Part shown: in pieces, positions 29,659-39,110 of the stretch | Position numbering within the stretch: position 1 is the stretch's first letter | Layout: every line of letters starts with the position of its first letter | Assembly: GCA_027022365.1 (NCBI GenBank) | Contig: JALVYU010000031.1 | Coordinates: 128,001 to 192,000 of the forward strand | Direction: 5' to 3' | Source of the DNA: Desulfurococcales archaeon | GTDB lineage: Archaea; Thermoproteota; Thermoprotei_A; Sulfolobales; Desulfurococcaceae | Length of the DNA: 64,000 bases | Position numbers and translations under genes: made by a program | The notes under the pieces: generated by a model | Database searches by the model: none | What the model saw: only the letters and a program-made list of their open reading frames with translations | Told to the model about the DNA's origin: nothing

Positions 29659-29868
29659 TTGGTCAGAGTCAGGGTAAAGATCATAGATACTGATCAAGAG
29701 TGGCTCGTCGAAGCAGAGAACGGAGCCAGGATTAGGGATGTGCTCGAGAAACTGGATCTCAATCCAGAGGAATATATTGTATCTAGGAACGGCGAGGTAG
29801 TGGCTGAGGACGAGGAAGTAGGTGAGGGCGACCTCATAATACTTTACCCGGTGGTCTCAGGTGGTTAG
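29659..29868 (+). CDS. Ubiquitin-like sulfur carrier (SAMP/ThiS/MoaD/TtuB family)
   Basis: 69 aa, RNGEVV, C-terminal VSGG. Confidence 0.92.
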   Translation: MVRVRVKIIDTDQEWLVEAENGARIRDVLEKLDLNPEEYIVSRNGEVVAEDEEVGEGDLIILYPVVSGG

Positions 29869-30868
29869 CTGTAGTTTCTGTGGGCGAAAAGCGGTTTATG
29901 TCTCCAAGGCCTTGGGGAGAGCATACTGTAAGAAACACTTCCTAGAATACTTCGACAAGAAGGTCAGACGCACGATCAGGAAGCACAGGATGTTCAGCGA
30001 GAAAGAAACAATAATTGTAGCCGTTTCCGGTGGAAAAGACTCTCTCGCTCTCCTCCACTACTTAGTAAGGCTATCAAAACGCGTCCCTGGCTGGACTATT
30101 AAGGCATTACTCGTGGATGAGGGGATCAGGGGCTACCGCGAGATAACGATAAAGGACTTCCTACGGGTAGTGGATGAACTCGGCGTAGAGTACAGGATCG
30201 TGAGGTTCAAGGACGAGCTGGGATACACGCTTGACGAAATAATAGAGATAGGTAGACGGAAAAAACTGCCCTACCACCCATGCAGCTACTGCGGAGTATT
30301 CAGGAGATACCTGCTCAACAAGGCCGCGAGAGAGATGGGCGGAACAGTTATCGCTACAGCCCATAATCTTGACGACGTGATCCAGACTTACCTGATGAAC
30401 ATAATCAAGAATAGCTGGGAGAAAATAGTCAGGCTAGGCCCGGTGAGCGGTATAACTGGTCATCCTAGATTTGTGAGGAAAGTAAAGCCCTTCTACGAGA
30501 TACTCGAAAAAGAGAGCGCTCTCTACGCCGTCCTGAACAATCTCTACCCGAAATTCGTGGAGTGCCCATATGCCCAGCAGAGTATGCGCTGGTATCTACG
30601 AAAATACATTAATAACCTCGAGGAAATGTATCCTGGGACCAAATACTCTATGTTACGGAGTCTCCTCCGGATAATACAGCTCCTAGAGGACAAGACAAAC
30701 AAGATCATAGAGGGCGAGATCAGGAGCTGCCGAATATGCGGGGAACCAGCATCCCACGATCTATGCAGGGCATGTACATACAGGCTAGAACTGGGAATCA
30801 TGGACGAAAAAGGCAATATTATCAGGAACATAGATACAGGAGCTTCAGGGAACCAGCTACCTAGATAA
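29861..30868 (+). CDS. tRNA 2-thiolation protein (TtuA/NcsA/Ctu1 family)
   Basis: N-terminal CxxC..CxxH zinc finger, SGGKDS PP-loop, CSYC, HNLDD, ECPY, C-terminal CRIC/CRAC. Confidence 0.92.
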   Translation: MVSCSFCGRKAVYVSKALGRAYCKKHFLEYFDKKVRRTIRKHRMFSEKETIIVAVSGGKDSLALLHYLVRLSKRVPGWTIKALLVDEGIRGYREITIKDFLRVVDELGVEYRIVRFKDELGYTLDEIIEIGRRKKLPYHPCSYCGVFRRYLLNKAAREMGGTVIATAHNLDDVIQTYLMNIIKNSWEKIVRLGPVSGITGHPRFVRKVKPFYEILEKESALYAVLNNLYPKFVECPYAQQSMRWYLRKYINNLEEMYPGTKYSMLRSLLRIIQLLEDKTNKIIEGEIRSCRICGEPASHDLCRACTYRLELGIMDEKGNIIRNIDTGASGNQLPR

Positions 30869-30973
30869 CAATTAAACATATCACTAAGTCACTGTTAATA
30901 ACCAGTTATAGCTCAGAAATAATACAATTATTTCTTACATATATTTCTTACATAAATAAGAAGGGATAAAACT

Positions 30974-31927
30974 ATGAAGCCAAACCCGAGACACCGTGTT
31001 TTCACGAGCGTCATAGAGCTCATACCAAATATATGGCCTACACCTTTAGTCAGATTATCCTCGCTCTCAACGGGAGAATATAATCTATGGGCTAAGCTCG
31101 AATTCTTCAACCCCTTTAGTCACAGCATAAAGGATAGACCTGTCTGGAACATGGTTGTCAGGGCACACAGGAAATGTATTGAGTGCGGAAAACTCTACGA
31201 GGCGACATACGGCAACGTAGGCATAGCACTGGCATCTATATCCAATATCCTCGGAATAAAGTTTAGAGCATATATCCCGAGACCGACCCCCAGAATAACA
31301 GAGGTGCTGCTCAAGATACTGGGAGCAGAGATTATACGAACAGATTACGACACAATATCTCCCGAAATGGTTAATATGGTGAAGAAAGAGGCTGAGAAAG
31401 ACGGTGCTATGAACCTCAACCAGTTCGAGAACGATGATAATCTAGAGGCTCATCTGAAATATACTGCACCAGAGCTCGACGAGCAGCTCTCAAGTATAGG
31501 GCGGAGCCCACCCCACGCCATAATAGCCGGCATAGGGACATCTGGACACATTAGCGCATTATCAATGTATTTCAAGAAGAAGTACGGTGATAGGGTCAAA
31601 GTAATCGGCGTTATACCTGCTAAGGGATCATCAATACCCGGGATAAAGAGGGTCGAAGCAGGACCAAAATGGCTTGCTGATGCGGATATAGATGAAATAG
31701 TCGAGGTGAGTAAAGATGAGGCTATAGAGGCCTCGATCCTAGTGGCCAGGAAAGAGGGATTACTCGTAGGCCTTAGCTCAGGTGCAGTGCTGAGCGCGTA
31801 TGGGAAGATCAAAGAGAAATATGGGCCGGGAGACTATGTCCTCATATTCCCGGATGACATATTCAAGTACATAGAATATTTCGATGATTACTTCTCGAGG
31901 AAAGGAGATAGGAAGCTTTTCTGCTAA
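30974..31927 (+). CDS. PLP-dependent cysteine synthase family protein
   Basis: TPLVRL, AKLEFFNP..SIKDR, NQFEN, GIGTSG, GLSSGA, FPD. Confidence 0.88.
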   Translation: MKPNPRHRVFTSVIELIPNIWPTPLVRLSSLSTGEYNLWAKLEFFNPFSHSIKDRPVWNMVVRAHRKCIECGKLYEATYGNVGIALASISNILGIKFRAYIPRPTPRITEVLLKILGAEIIRTDYDTISPEMVNMVKKEAEKDGAMNLNQFENDDNLEAHLKYTAPELDEQLSSIGRSPPHAIIAGIGTSGHISALSMYFKKKYGDRVKVIGVIPAKGSSIPGIKRVEAGPKWLADADIDEIVEVSKDEAIEASILVARKEGLLVGLSSGAVLSAYGKIKEKYGPGDYVLIFPDDIFKYIEYFDDYFSRKGDRKLFC

Positions 31928-32045
31928 AAACGCTCATCATTCCTTCAAATAATCCTTGGTATGTGTTTTATTCTGTAGTATAATACATAATAATATTATT
32001 GGCAAGTGCCTAGCACGTATCGATTCGTAGTAAGTATATTGATAC

Positions 32046-33827
32046 TTGCCGGGAGAGGCTGGGGGAGTGCTGGGCCCGTATATTGAGAAAAAGATCGTCT
32101 TCGGCATCCTAATAGGGATACTATCTGGTCTCGCGGGCGTCGGATTTTACTATATGGTGTCCCTAGTGGCACGTATTGTCGGCTATGCCATGGTGTCTAG
32201 CTATGAGGGCTGGACACCTGATCTCTCCATATACGCCCTCAATGCCAGTAACAGGGTCATAATACTGATCGTATTACCTGTTGCCGCCCTCATCAGCGGA
32301 CTAATAGTCTATAGATTCGCGCCCGAGGCCGAGGGCCCAGGAGTGGATCCTACCATAGAGGCATATCATCATATGAGAAAACTACACCTACACTTACCAG
32401 TAGTCAAGGCCGTAGCATCCTCGATAATGATAGGTTCAGGTGGGAGCGGCGGTCTTCAAGGCCCTGGTCTCCAGATAGGGGGCGGGATAGGCCATTCCAT
32501 TGCAACGATCCTGAAATTGGGACTACGGTACAAGAGGATACTAATGGTCGCGGGCATGGCTGGAACGCTCTCAGCAGTATTTCATAGCCCTATAGGAGCG
32601 GCACTATTCGCTGTCGAGGTACTATACAGGAGGGATATCGAGGTAGAAGGAATAGTTTCATCACTAATATCATCTATAACTGCTTATGCCGTATCAACGC
32701 ATATTATGGGCTATACGTGGTTATTGCCCCGCCTAGTATATAATTTGGTTGAGCTTTTCGCCCCAGCCATGATCATGAATTACATCGCTCTGGCGTTCTT
32801 GTCAGCCGTTTTCGCATGGTTATATATCCAGTCCTTCCATACCGTGAAAAAACTCGTCTCTAAAGCAGGGATATCTGGTATAAAAAGAGCAGCCATTCCG
32901 GCAGCCATGGTCATACCCGTAGCCATTATAGGCTACTATGTACCGTACATCCTTGGGAGCGGAACCGGGATGTTGTCTCAAATACTGGTAATGACGCGTA
33001 ACAACAATCTAGACATAAACATGTTGGGCCTAGGAACAGCGGCTAGCCTGCTCCTCCTCGTACTTCTCAAAATACTAGCAACAAGCCTCAGCATGGGAAG
33101 CGGTGGAAGCGGCGGCTTATTCGCACCCGCAGTATTCATCGGTGGAACACTAGGTCTTTTCTACGGTATAATAATGGGATCACCAACCACAGGGATACCA
33201 CCATACTTCTTCGCATACATTGGGATAGCATCGTTCTTCGGGGCAGCAACAAATACTCCGTTCGCGACATCATTCATGGTCGCCGAGATGAGCAGGGATT
33301 ACTATGTCTTACTACCTGCCCTCATATCATCCCTTATATCAAACGAGATCATAAGATACGATACACTGTATAGGTCACAACCCGTAAGGAGACCCCCAAC
33401 AATACTAGTCACGCCAAAAGAACTGCTAAGCCTGATCGATAAGAACGTGCTCAGCAACATAAAAGTATGGGAACTAACAATTAGGGATAAGATAGTGCTG
33501 GATAAGAACGCCGATCTAGGAAAGATTAGGGAAGAAATTATCCGCAAATATGGTGAGACAATTATTCCTATAATTGTGGGCGATGAATTCTATGGAGTGA
33601 TAGATCTGAGGAGACAGGCGATCAAGCAAGATATGCCACGTATAGATTACCAAGCATGCATTATTGATGCTCTAGAATTAATGAGCAGAGAACGAATAGA
33701 TTATCTCGTAGTGACCAAGGGAAGCAAGGTAATAGGTGTTCTTACACTTTGTGAAATAATAAGACTTCTCTCATCACTAATATACGAGTATCAGTTACGC
33801 GGGTTTAGTAGATCAAGAAATGCCTGA
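32046..33827 (+). CDS. CLC family chloride channel/transporter with C-terminal CBS-like region
   Basis: APEAEGPG, GSGGSGGLQGP, FAVEVLY, GGSGGLFAP, LYRSQ. Confidence 0.9.
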   Translation: MPGEAGGVLGPYIEKKIVFGILIGILSGLAGVGFYYMVSLVARIVGYAMVSSYEGWTPDLSIYALNASNRVIILIVLPVAALISGLIVYRFAPEAEGPGVDPTIEAYHHMRKLHLHLPVVKAVASSIMIGSGGSGGLQGPGLQIGGGIGHSIATILKLGLRYKRILMVAGMAGTLSAVFHSPIGAALFAVEVLYRRDIEVEGIVSSLISSITAYAVSTHIMGYTWLLPRLVYNLVELFAPAMIMNYIALAFLSAVFAWLYIQSFHTVKKLVSKAGISGIKRAAIPAAMVIPVAIIGYYVPYILGSGTGMLSQILVMTRNNNLDINMLGLGTAASLLLLVLLKILATSLSMGSGGSGGLFAPAVFIGGTLGLFYGIIMGSPTTGIPPYFFAYIGIASFFGAATNTPFATSFMVAEMSRDYYVLLPALISSLISNEIIRYDTLYRSQPVRRPPTILVTPKELLSLIDKNVLSNIKVWELTIRDKIVLDKNADLGKIREEIIRKYGETIIPIIVGDEFYGVIDLRRQAIKQDMPRIDYQACIIDALELMSRERIDYLVVTKGSKVIGVLTLCEIIRLLSSLIYEYQLRGFSRSRNA

Positions 33828-34225
33828 ATATCGGTTTTTATCGAGGAAAACTTTCTAATAAGAACATGGACGTCATCATCCGGATTTTCTAATACATTTG
33901 CTATCTCTTTATTTATCCGGTCAAGCAGTTGTTTTCCTCTCGAATAGTAGATTGATACCTTATTCTTCGACATCCAATTACCTATGCCCTCGATATCCTT
34001 CCTGATCTTCTCCAGATCTTTTAGTGCGGATTCAATGTACATTATCGCCATCCCCCTAGAGCTTATGGGCATGCCGGCAAAGGCGGTCATGAGTAGGACG
34101 TTGTCTTGTTTTTCTCTCTTTAATTTCTCGAGAACATTTCTTGCTATCAATAACTTCCCAATTGCTATATCGAGTCTATCAGTGATTTTCGACATCTTCT
34201 TTACCGGGTTTTTCTTAAATAGCAA
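33791..34225 (-). CDS. Hypothetical helical protein
   Basis: 144-aa ORF directly downstream of malQ on the same strand. Confidence 0.6.
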   Translation of the reverse strand: MLFKKNPVKKMSKITDRLDIAIGKLLIARNVLEKLKREKQDNVLLMTAFAGMPISSRGMAIMYIESALKDLEKIRKDIEGIGNWMSKNKVSIYYSRGKQLLDRINKEIANVLENPDDDVHVLIRKFSSIKTDIQAFLDLLNPRN

Positions 34226-34228
34226 CCA

Positions 34229-35736
34229 TTATCTCCTCCCATACAGTTCTGCTAGTTCACCAAGCTCATGAAACTTAGGGCTTTCGAGCTCGGGTAACAA
34301 TATTCTCCACTCCCAGTTCCCCTTGATTGTTCCTGGCTTGTTCATACGAGCCTCCGAACCTAGACCTAGAACGTCTTGGGCAGGTATTATTGCGAGCCTC
34401 GAGACACTCATCAATGCAAGCCTAACAAATATCTGTGATACATTCTGGGAGTTTATCTCGAGACCAGTATATGATGCTAGGCATTCCTTCTGTTTCTCGC
34501 TAGCTTCCTCGATATACCATCCCTTAACCGTGTTTGTATCGTGTGTTGATGTGTATACGATGTAGTTTTCCTCATGATTATGGGGAGGTAGGGATTCCCT
34601 GGATCGCTCCAGGCAAACACCAGCACCTTCATGCCGGGCAATCCATAATTCCTCATTACTTCTCTAACATCTGGTGTTATGACACCGAGATCTTCTGCGA
34701 CGAAGGGAAGTGTTGGGAAGAACTTCGTAAGGGTTTTGAAGAAGTCTTCGTAGGGTACTTCTACCCATTTGCCATTGACGGCTGTTTTTGCGTCACCTGG
34801 TACTTCCCAATATGCTATAAGCCCTCTAAAGTGATCAATCCTTATCAGATCATATAGGTTATTCATTCTCCTAAGCCTTTCGATCCACCACTTGGACCCG
34901 GTACTTCTTAGTTTTTCCCAATCATAAACCGGTGTTCCCCATAACTGGCCGGTAGGGCTAAAATAGTCTGGCGGGACACCACTTACGTACGCTGGCCTCC
35001 CATCGCTTCTGAGCTTAAATATTTCTTGGTTGCTCCATACATCGGCGCTGTCTAAGCTGACATAGATCGGGATATCGCCCAGTATATTAATACCTTTCTT
35101 GTTTGCGTAGTCTTTCAGATGCTTCCACTGCCGCTCAAAGACATATTGTTCGAAATAATAGTATTCGATCAGCGTTCTATGTCTTTCTATCGCCTCGGAT
35201 AGAGCCTCCGTATCGCGTCTCCGGAGCCTGTCTGGCCATTCATACCATGGTTTTCCCAGAATTTTCTTCAATGACATGAACAAGGCGTAGTCGTCGAGCC
35301 AGTATTTATTCTCTTCGACGAAGTCTTCGTAGCCTGGCAGCTTAGAAAGGCCTTCTTTCACAGCTTCTCTATACGCCATATTCAGGAAGTATTCTTTCTC
35401 TCGGTACGCCTCCTTATAACACACTTTTCTCTTACACTTATCGGCCTTAGAAGTAACTGGGATATCTTTAAGGAGTCTCTCTTCTGCAAGCATGTCAGGG
35501 CTTATCAAGAGAGGATTTCCGGCGAAAGCCGATACACTACTGTAGGGCGAATTAGCTGTTTCAAGGCTAGTAGGGTTCAGTGGGAGTACCTGCCAATAAG
35601 ATGCACCGATCTCTGCTAGGAGATCAATGAACCTGTAAGCCGTCTCTCCAAGATCTCCAACAGAGTATTTCCCGGGAAGACTTGTTACGTGAAGTAGTAT
35701 CCCGAAACCCCTGCCGTAATCACCCTTTAACCCCAA
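34229..35736 (-). pseudogene. malQ: 4-alpha-glucanotransferase (amylomaltase, GH77), frameshifted
   Basis: IDHFRG and AEDLG are in ORF 34477..35736; YTSTHDTNT and QDVLGLGSEARMNKPG continue in another frame after a C4 run at 34582-34585. Confidence 0.88.
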
Positions 35737-35826
35737 TAGCAGTGTTGAGGCCCATACAGAATATAATTATACATTGAGACAATATTATCTGTAGAATACG
35801 ATAATCTAAAAGATGGGTGTAGTGAC

Positions 35827-35910
35827 TTGAATGTCCCCTCTAGAGCCACAGTTTATGTTTTAGCCGATGATTTAGCTGGCCTCAATAATCCATTTATAGC
35901 ACAACATGGG
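35827..35910 (+). pseudogene. N-terminal fragment of an MBL-fold metallo-hydrolase interrupted by IS607
   Basis: GGGTG RBS and TTG, then NVPSRATVYVLADDLAGLNNPFIAQHG, matching the family start xTVLxDx...AxHG. Confidence 0.7.
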
Positions 35911-35963
35911 GCAGAAACGCTTAAATATATCAAAGTGTATCATAGTATATCGGAGAATGGCAG

Positions 35964-36602
35964 TTGACGGAGAGGCTACTGCCACCTAGGGAAGCATGCA
36001 AAAGGTTTGGAATAAGCTTCATTACTTTGAAGAGGTGGATTTACTCTGGCAAGATTAGGGCGGTCAGGACACCTACCGGCAGGTGGATGATACCAGAGAG
36101 CGAGATAGAGAGGATTATTAGTGGAAAAGTCGAAGTGGAAGAGGTTAGAGCAGTTATCTATGCTCGTGTGAGTTCTAGCGACCAGAGGGGCGACCTTGAA
36201 AGACAGATACAGTACCTCACACAGTACTGCTTTGCCAAAGGATATAGGGTTGTGGATGTTCTAAGCGACATAGCTAGTGGATTAAAAACCAACCGTAGAG
36301 GCTTAATGAAGCTCTTCAATTATGTGGTTAATAGACGAGTAGATGTTGTAGTTATCACCTACAAGGATAGATTAACTCGCTTCGGCTTCGAATATCTTGA
36401 GTACTTCTTCAAACAGTTTGGTGTAAAGATAGAAGCTGTTTATGGTGAAGAGCCGAGGGACGCTTACCAAGAGTTGGTTGAAGACCTATTAGCGATAGTA
36501 ACATCGTTTGCTGGTAAACTTTATGGCATGAGGAGTCATAAGAAGAAACGCTTGGTTCAGGGTTTCAAGAGTCTCCTAGAAGAGGTAGAGAAGAATGGCT
36601 AG
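35964..36602 (+). CDS. tnpA: IS607 transposase (MerR-like HTH + serine recombinase)
   Basis: N-terminal HTH, YARVSS catalytic motif, DRLTRFGFE, SFAGKLYG. Confidence 0.95.
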   Translation: MTERLLPPREACKRFGISFITLKRWIYSGKIRAVRTPTGRWMIPESEIERIISGKVEVEEVRAVIYARVSSSDQRGDLERQIQYLTQYCFAKGYRVVDVLSDIASGLKTNRRGLMKLFNYVVNRRVDVVVITYKDRLTRFGFEYLEYFFKQFGVKIEAVYGEEPRDAYQELVEDLLAIVTSFAGKLYGMRSHKKKRLVQGFKSLLEEVEKNG

Positions 36603-37896
36603 AGTAACTAGGACTGTCATAGTGGGGAGTACTAAGCTTCCTAGGAAAGTGTTCAGACTCCTCGTTGAGCTTGAGGGTATGTACCGCAACATAGTCGAGC
36701 AACTAGTAATGTATGCTATCAGGAATAGTGTTAAGAGTTTTATTAGGCTCAAGGCATTGAAGTACCATGAGATAAGAAACCTCTATCCACAACTACCTTC
36801 ACATTACATTTATACTGCATGTCAGGACGCTAGTACTAGGGCTAAAAGCTTTCTAAGGCTAAAGAAACTGGGCATAGCTAAGAGGGAGTACCCAGAGGTT
36901 AAGAAGGTTAGTATATGGCTTGACGACCACCTATGGAAGCCTGTTGGGTATACATTCGTTAGAATAGCTACTCACAAGGGATGGGTAACAATAGAGCTCG
37001 AGCCTCATAAACAGTATTGGAGATACATCAATAGAGGTTGGGAACTAGCTTCTGAGACCAAAATCAAGCTTGATAAGAGGAATAGACAACTCATAATTTA
37101 CTTAACCTTCGTTAAAGAGGTTGAAGAGTACAGCTCTAGGGGATACCTATCAGTTGATGTTAATGAAAATAACGTTACTATACTAGTCGACGGTGTGGCT
37201 TACTTATTCGAGACCAATATTGGGAGGCTTGTCCTAGGCTACTACTATCGTAGGAAGAGAGTACAGGAAAAATATGATAGACCCTATGGTAGGAAGTCAA
37301 GGATTAAAAAGAAGATTATGAGAAGGCTTAAGGAGAGGAGGAAGAAGATGGATATTAGGTGGAAGCTCGCTAGCATCATAGTTAGAGTTGCCTATGATAA
37401 GCGGTATGCTATTGTTCTTGAGAAACTGGGTAAGAGAGTAGCAAATAACATGATTGCTAGGATTAAGAATAAACAGCTACGTCACAGAATATTCCAAGCA
37501 TCCTTCAAAGGAATTCAGAGGGCGATAGAAGGGAAAGCTAGAGAGTATGGTGTACCAGTAATCTATGTGAACCCGAAGAACACCTCAAAACTATGCCCAG
37601 TACACAATGCACTAATAATCTATAATAATGGTTCTAGAATTGGGAGATGTAGTATTGGTGAAGAACTATGGCATCGCGACGTAGTTGCTTGTTGGAACCT
37701 CCTCCTTAAAGCCCTGCGGGGTGATGGGAGCAGTGCCCCAAGCCCCGTAGGGCTTATCCCCGTAGATGTGAGGCTAGTTCCGTTAGCCTCGAATGCCACC
37801 CATGACCCCACAACCCTGCCAAAAGGGTTATGGGCGAGGCGGAAGCCCCTACCGCTGATACAGAACGCTACAATCATAAACAAAATGAAGCGGTAG
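36595..37896 (+). CDS. tnpB: RNA-guided endonuclease TnpB
   Basis: RuvC D (SVDVNE), E (VLEKL), D (HRDVVA); TSKLCPVH zinc-ribbon region. Confidence 0.93.
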   Translation: MARVTRTVIVGSTKLPRKVFRLLVELEGMYRNIVEQLVMYAIRNSVKSFIRLKALKYHEIRNLYPQLPSHYIYTACQDASTRAKSFLRLKKLGIAKREYPEVKKVSIWLDDHLWKPVGYTFVRIATHKGWVTIELEPHKQYWRYINRGWELASETKIKLDKRNRQLIIYLTFVKEVEEYSSRGYLSVDVNENNVTILVDGVAYLFETNIGRLVLGYYYRRKRVQEKYDRPYGRKSRIKKKIMRRLKERRKKMDIRWKLASIIVRVAYDKRYAIVLEKLGKRVANNMIARIKNKQLRHRIFQASFKGIQRAIEGKAREYGVPVIYVNPKNTSKLCPVHNALIIYNNGSRIGRCSIGEELWHRDVVACWNLLLKALRGDGSSAPSPVGLIPVDVRLVPLASNATHDPTTLPKGLWARRKPLPLIQNATIINKMKR

Positions 37897-37925
37897 GGGC
37901 AAACGGTCTTTGATCAGTGTAGCGA
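37700..37925 (+). ncRNA. Putative TnpB omega/reRNA overlapping the tnpB 3' end and IS right end
   Basis: Hairpins 37740-37755, 37770-37790, 37807-37834; perfect 12-bp stem 37845-37856/37889-37900 next to the right end. Confidence 0.6.
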
Positions 37926-38301
37926 TAACAACGAGGTATTCTTCGTGGATAATGGGAGACTGGTACCTGACACACTTTGCGATGAAATAGCCTTAGCGAT
38001 TGATCTAGGTAGACATGGGCTTGTAGTAACAGGTTGTGCTCACCCTGGAATCGATAGAATAGTCGAGAAGGCTTCAACGATCATAGGTAAAAGGATCAAG
38101 TATGTGCTTGGAGGCCTCCATATGGTGGGCCTGGAAGAAAGTAGGGTTAGAGAGATCGCCGAGAAGCTCATGAGCCACGGCGTAGAAAGGGTTTACCCCG
38201 GACATTGCACTGGCCTTGAGGCAGAGTATATTCTCGAGAAAATCTATGGTGAGAACTGCCGGGTACTTAGGGCTGGATTGAAGATAGAATTCCATAGCTA
38301 G
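37907..38301 (+). pseudogene. C-terminal fragment of an MBL-fold metallo-hydrolase
   Basis: FDQ..FFVDNGRLVPDTLCDEIAL, TGCAHPGI, GGLH, GHCTG; lacks HxHxDH. Confidence 0.78.
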
Positions 38302-38327
38302 GTCTGACTTGTCTGAGTAGCTTGATT

Positions 38328-39110
38328 CTAAATAATGGGCACCAGGATATATCTGTTATTATATTTAATGATATCGAAATCTACTCCGTAGACCTGGCTC
38401 AACCTTTCTGGGTTGAGGGCTTCGCGGGGACTACCATATGTTTCGACTCTGCCCTTATTCAGTAATAATATCTTGTCGCAGTAAAGGGAAGCCATTAGTG
38501 GATCATGGAGGGTGACCATCGCACCAAGTATTCTTTCTTCCTCTACTAATTTTCTAATAAGGCTCATTGTTTTCACTGCATTAGATATATCTAGATGAGA
38601 TACCGGTTCATCCATTAATAATATCCTTGCCTCCTGGACGAGGGTTCTAGCGATCAGTACGAGCTGGAACTGGCCCCCACTGATCTCGGTTATGGCTTTA
38701 TCGGCGAGACTGCCTAGGCCTAAATCGTCGAGTACACGATATGCTTTGTCATAGTCTTTTCTCGAAGGCAAGGAGAACATCCCGTGGTGCGGGGCTCTGC
38801 CCATGAGGACGTAATCTATTACCTTATAGGGGAACACGATGTGGTGTTCCTGGGGAACGTAGCCGATGATCTTTGCGAGCCTCTTCGGGGGAATAGATGA
38901 TATATCCGTTCCCAGTACCTTGACCGTGCCTGTACCTCTAAGTATTCCTAGAAGTATCTTTAGCAGGGTTGTCTTGCCAGCCCCATTAGGGCCGAGGACG
39001 CCGAGTATCTCCCCCTTGTGTAGCTCGAAGGATACATTATCGAGGACTTTCTCGCCACCATTATATGAGAAGCTTAGGCCCTCTACCTCGATAATGGGAT
39101 TTACCTCCAT
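38328..39110 (-). CDS. Iron-chelate/cobalamin ABC transporter ATP-binding protein
   Basis: GPNGAGKT, YVPQEH, ISGGQFQ, DEPVSHLD. Confidence 0.93.
   Translation of the reverse strand: MEVNPIIEVEGLSFSYNGGEKVLDNVSFELHKGEILGVLGPNGAGKTTLLKILLGILRGTGTVKVLGTDISSIPPKRLAKIIGYVPQEHHIVFPYKVIDYVLMGRAPHHGMFSLPSRKDYDKAYRVLDDLGLGSLADKAITEISGGQFQLVLIARTLVQEARILLMDEPVSHLDISNAVKTMSLIRKLVEEERILGAMVTLHDPLMASLYCDKILLLNKGRVETYGSPREALNPERLSQVYGVDFDIIKYNNRYILVPII

Larger units (their letters stand above)
35909..37906 (+). mobile_element. IS607-family insertion sequence (tnpA serine recombinase + tnpB)
   Basis: Overlapping tnpA/tnpB; GG at both junctions; related end motifs GGGGCAGAAACG and GGGGCAAACGG; no terminal inverted repeats or target duplication seen. 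Confidence 0.9.

Noticed and set aside
34229-34414. 61-aa ORF as an independent gene
   Set aside because: It is the C-terminus of the frameshifted malQ
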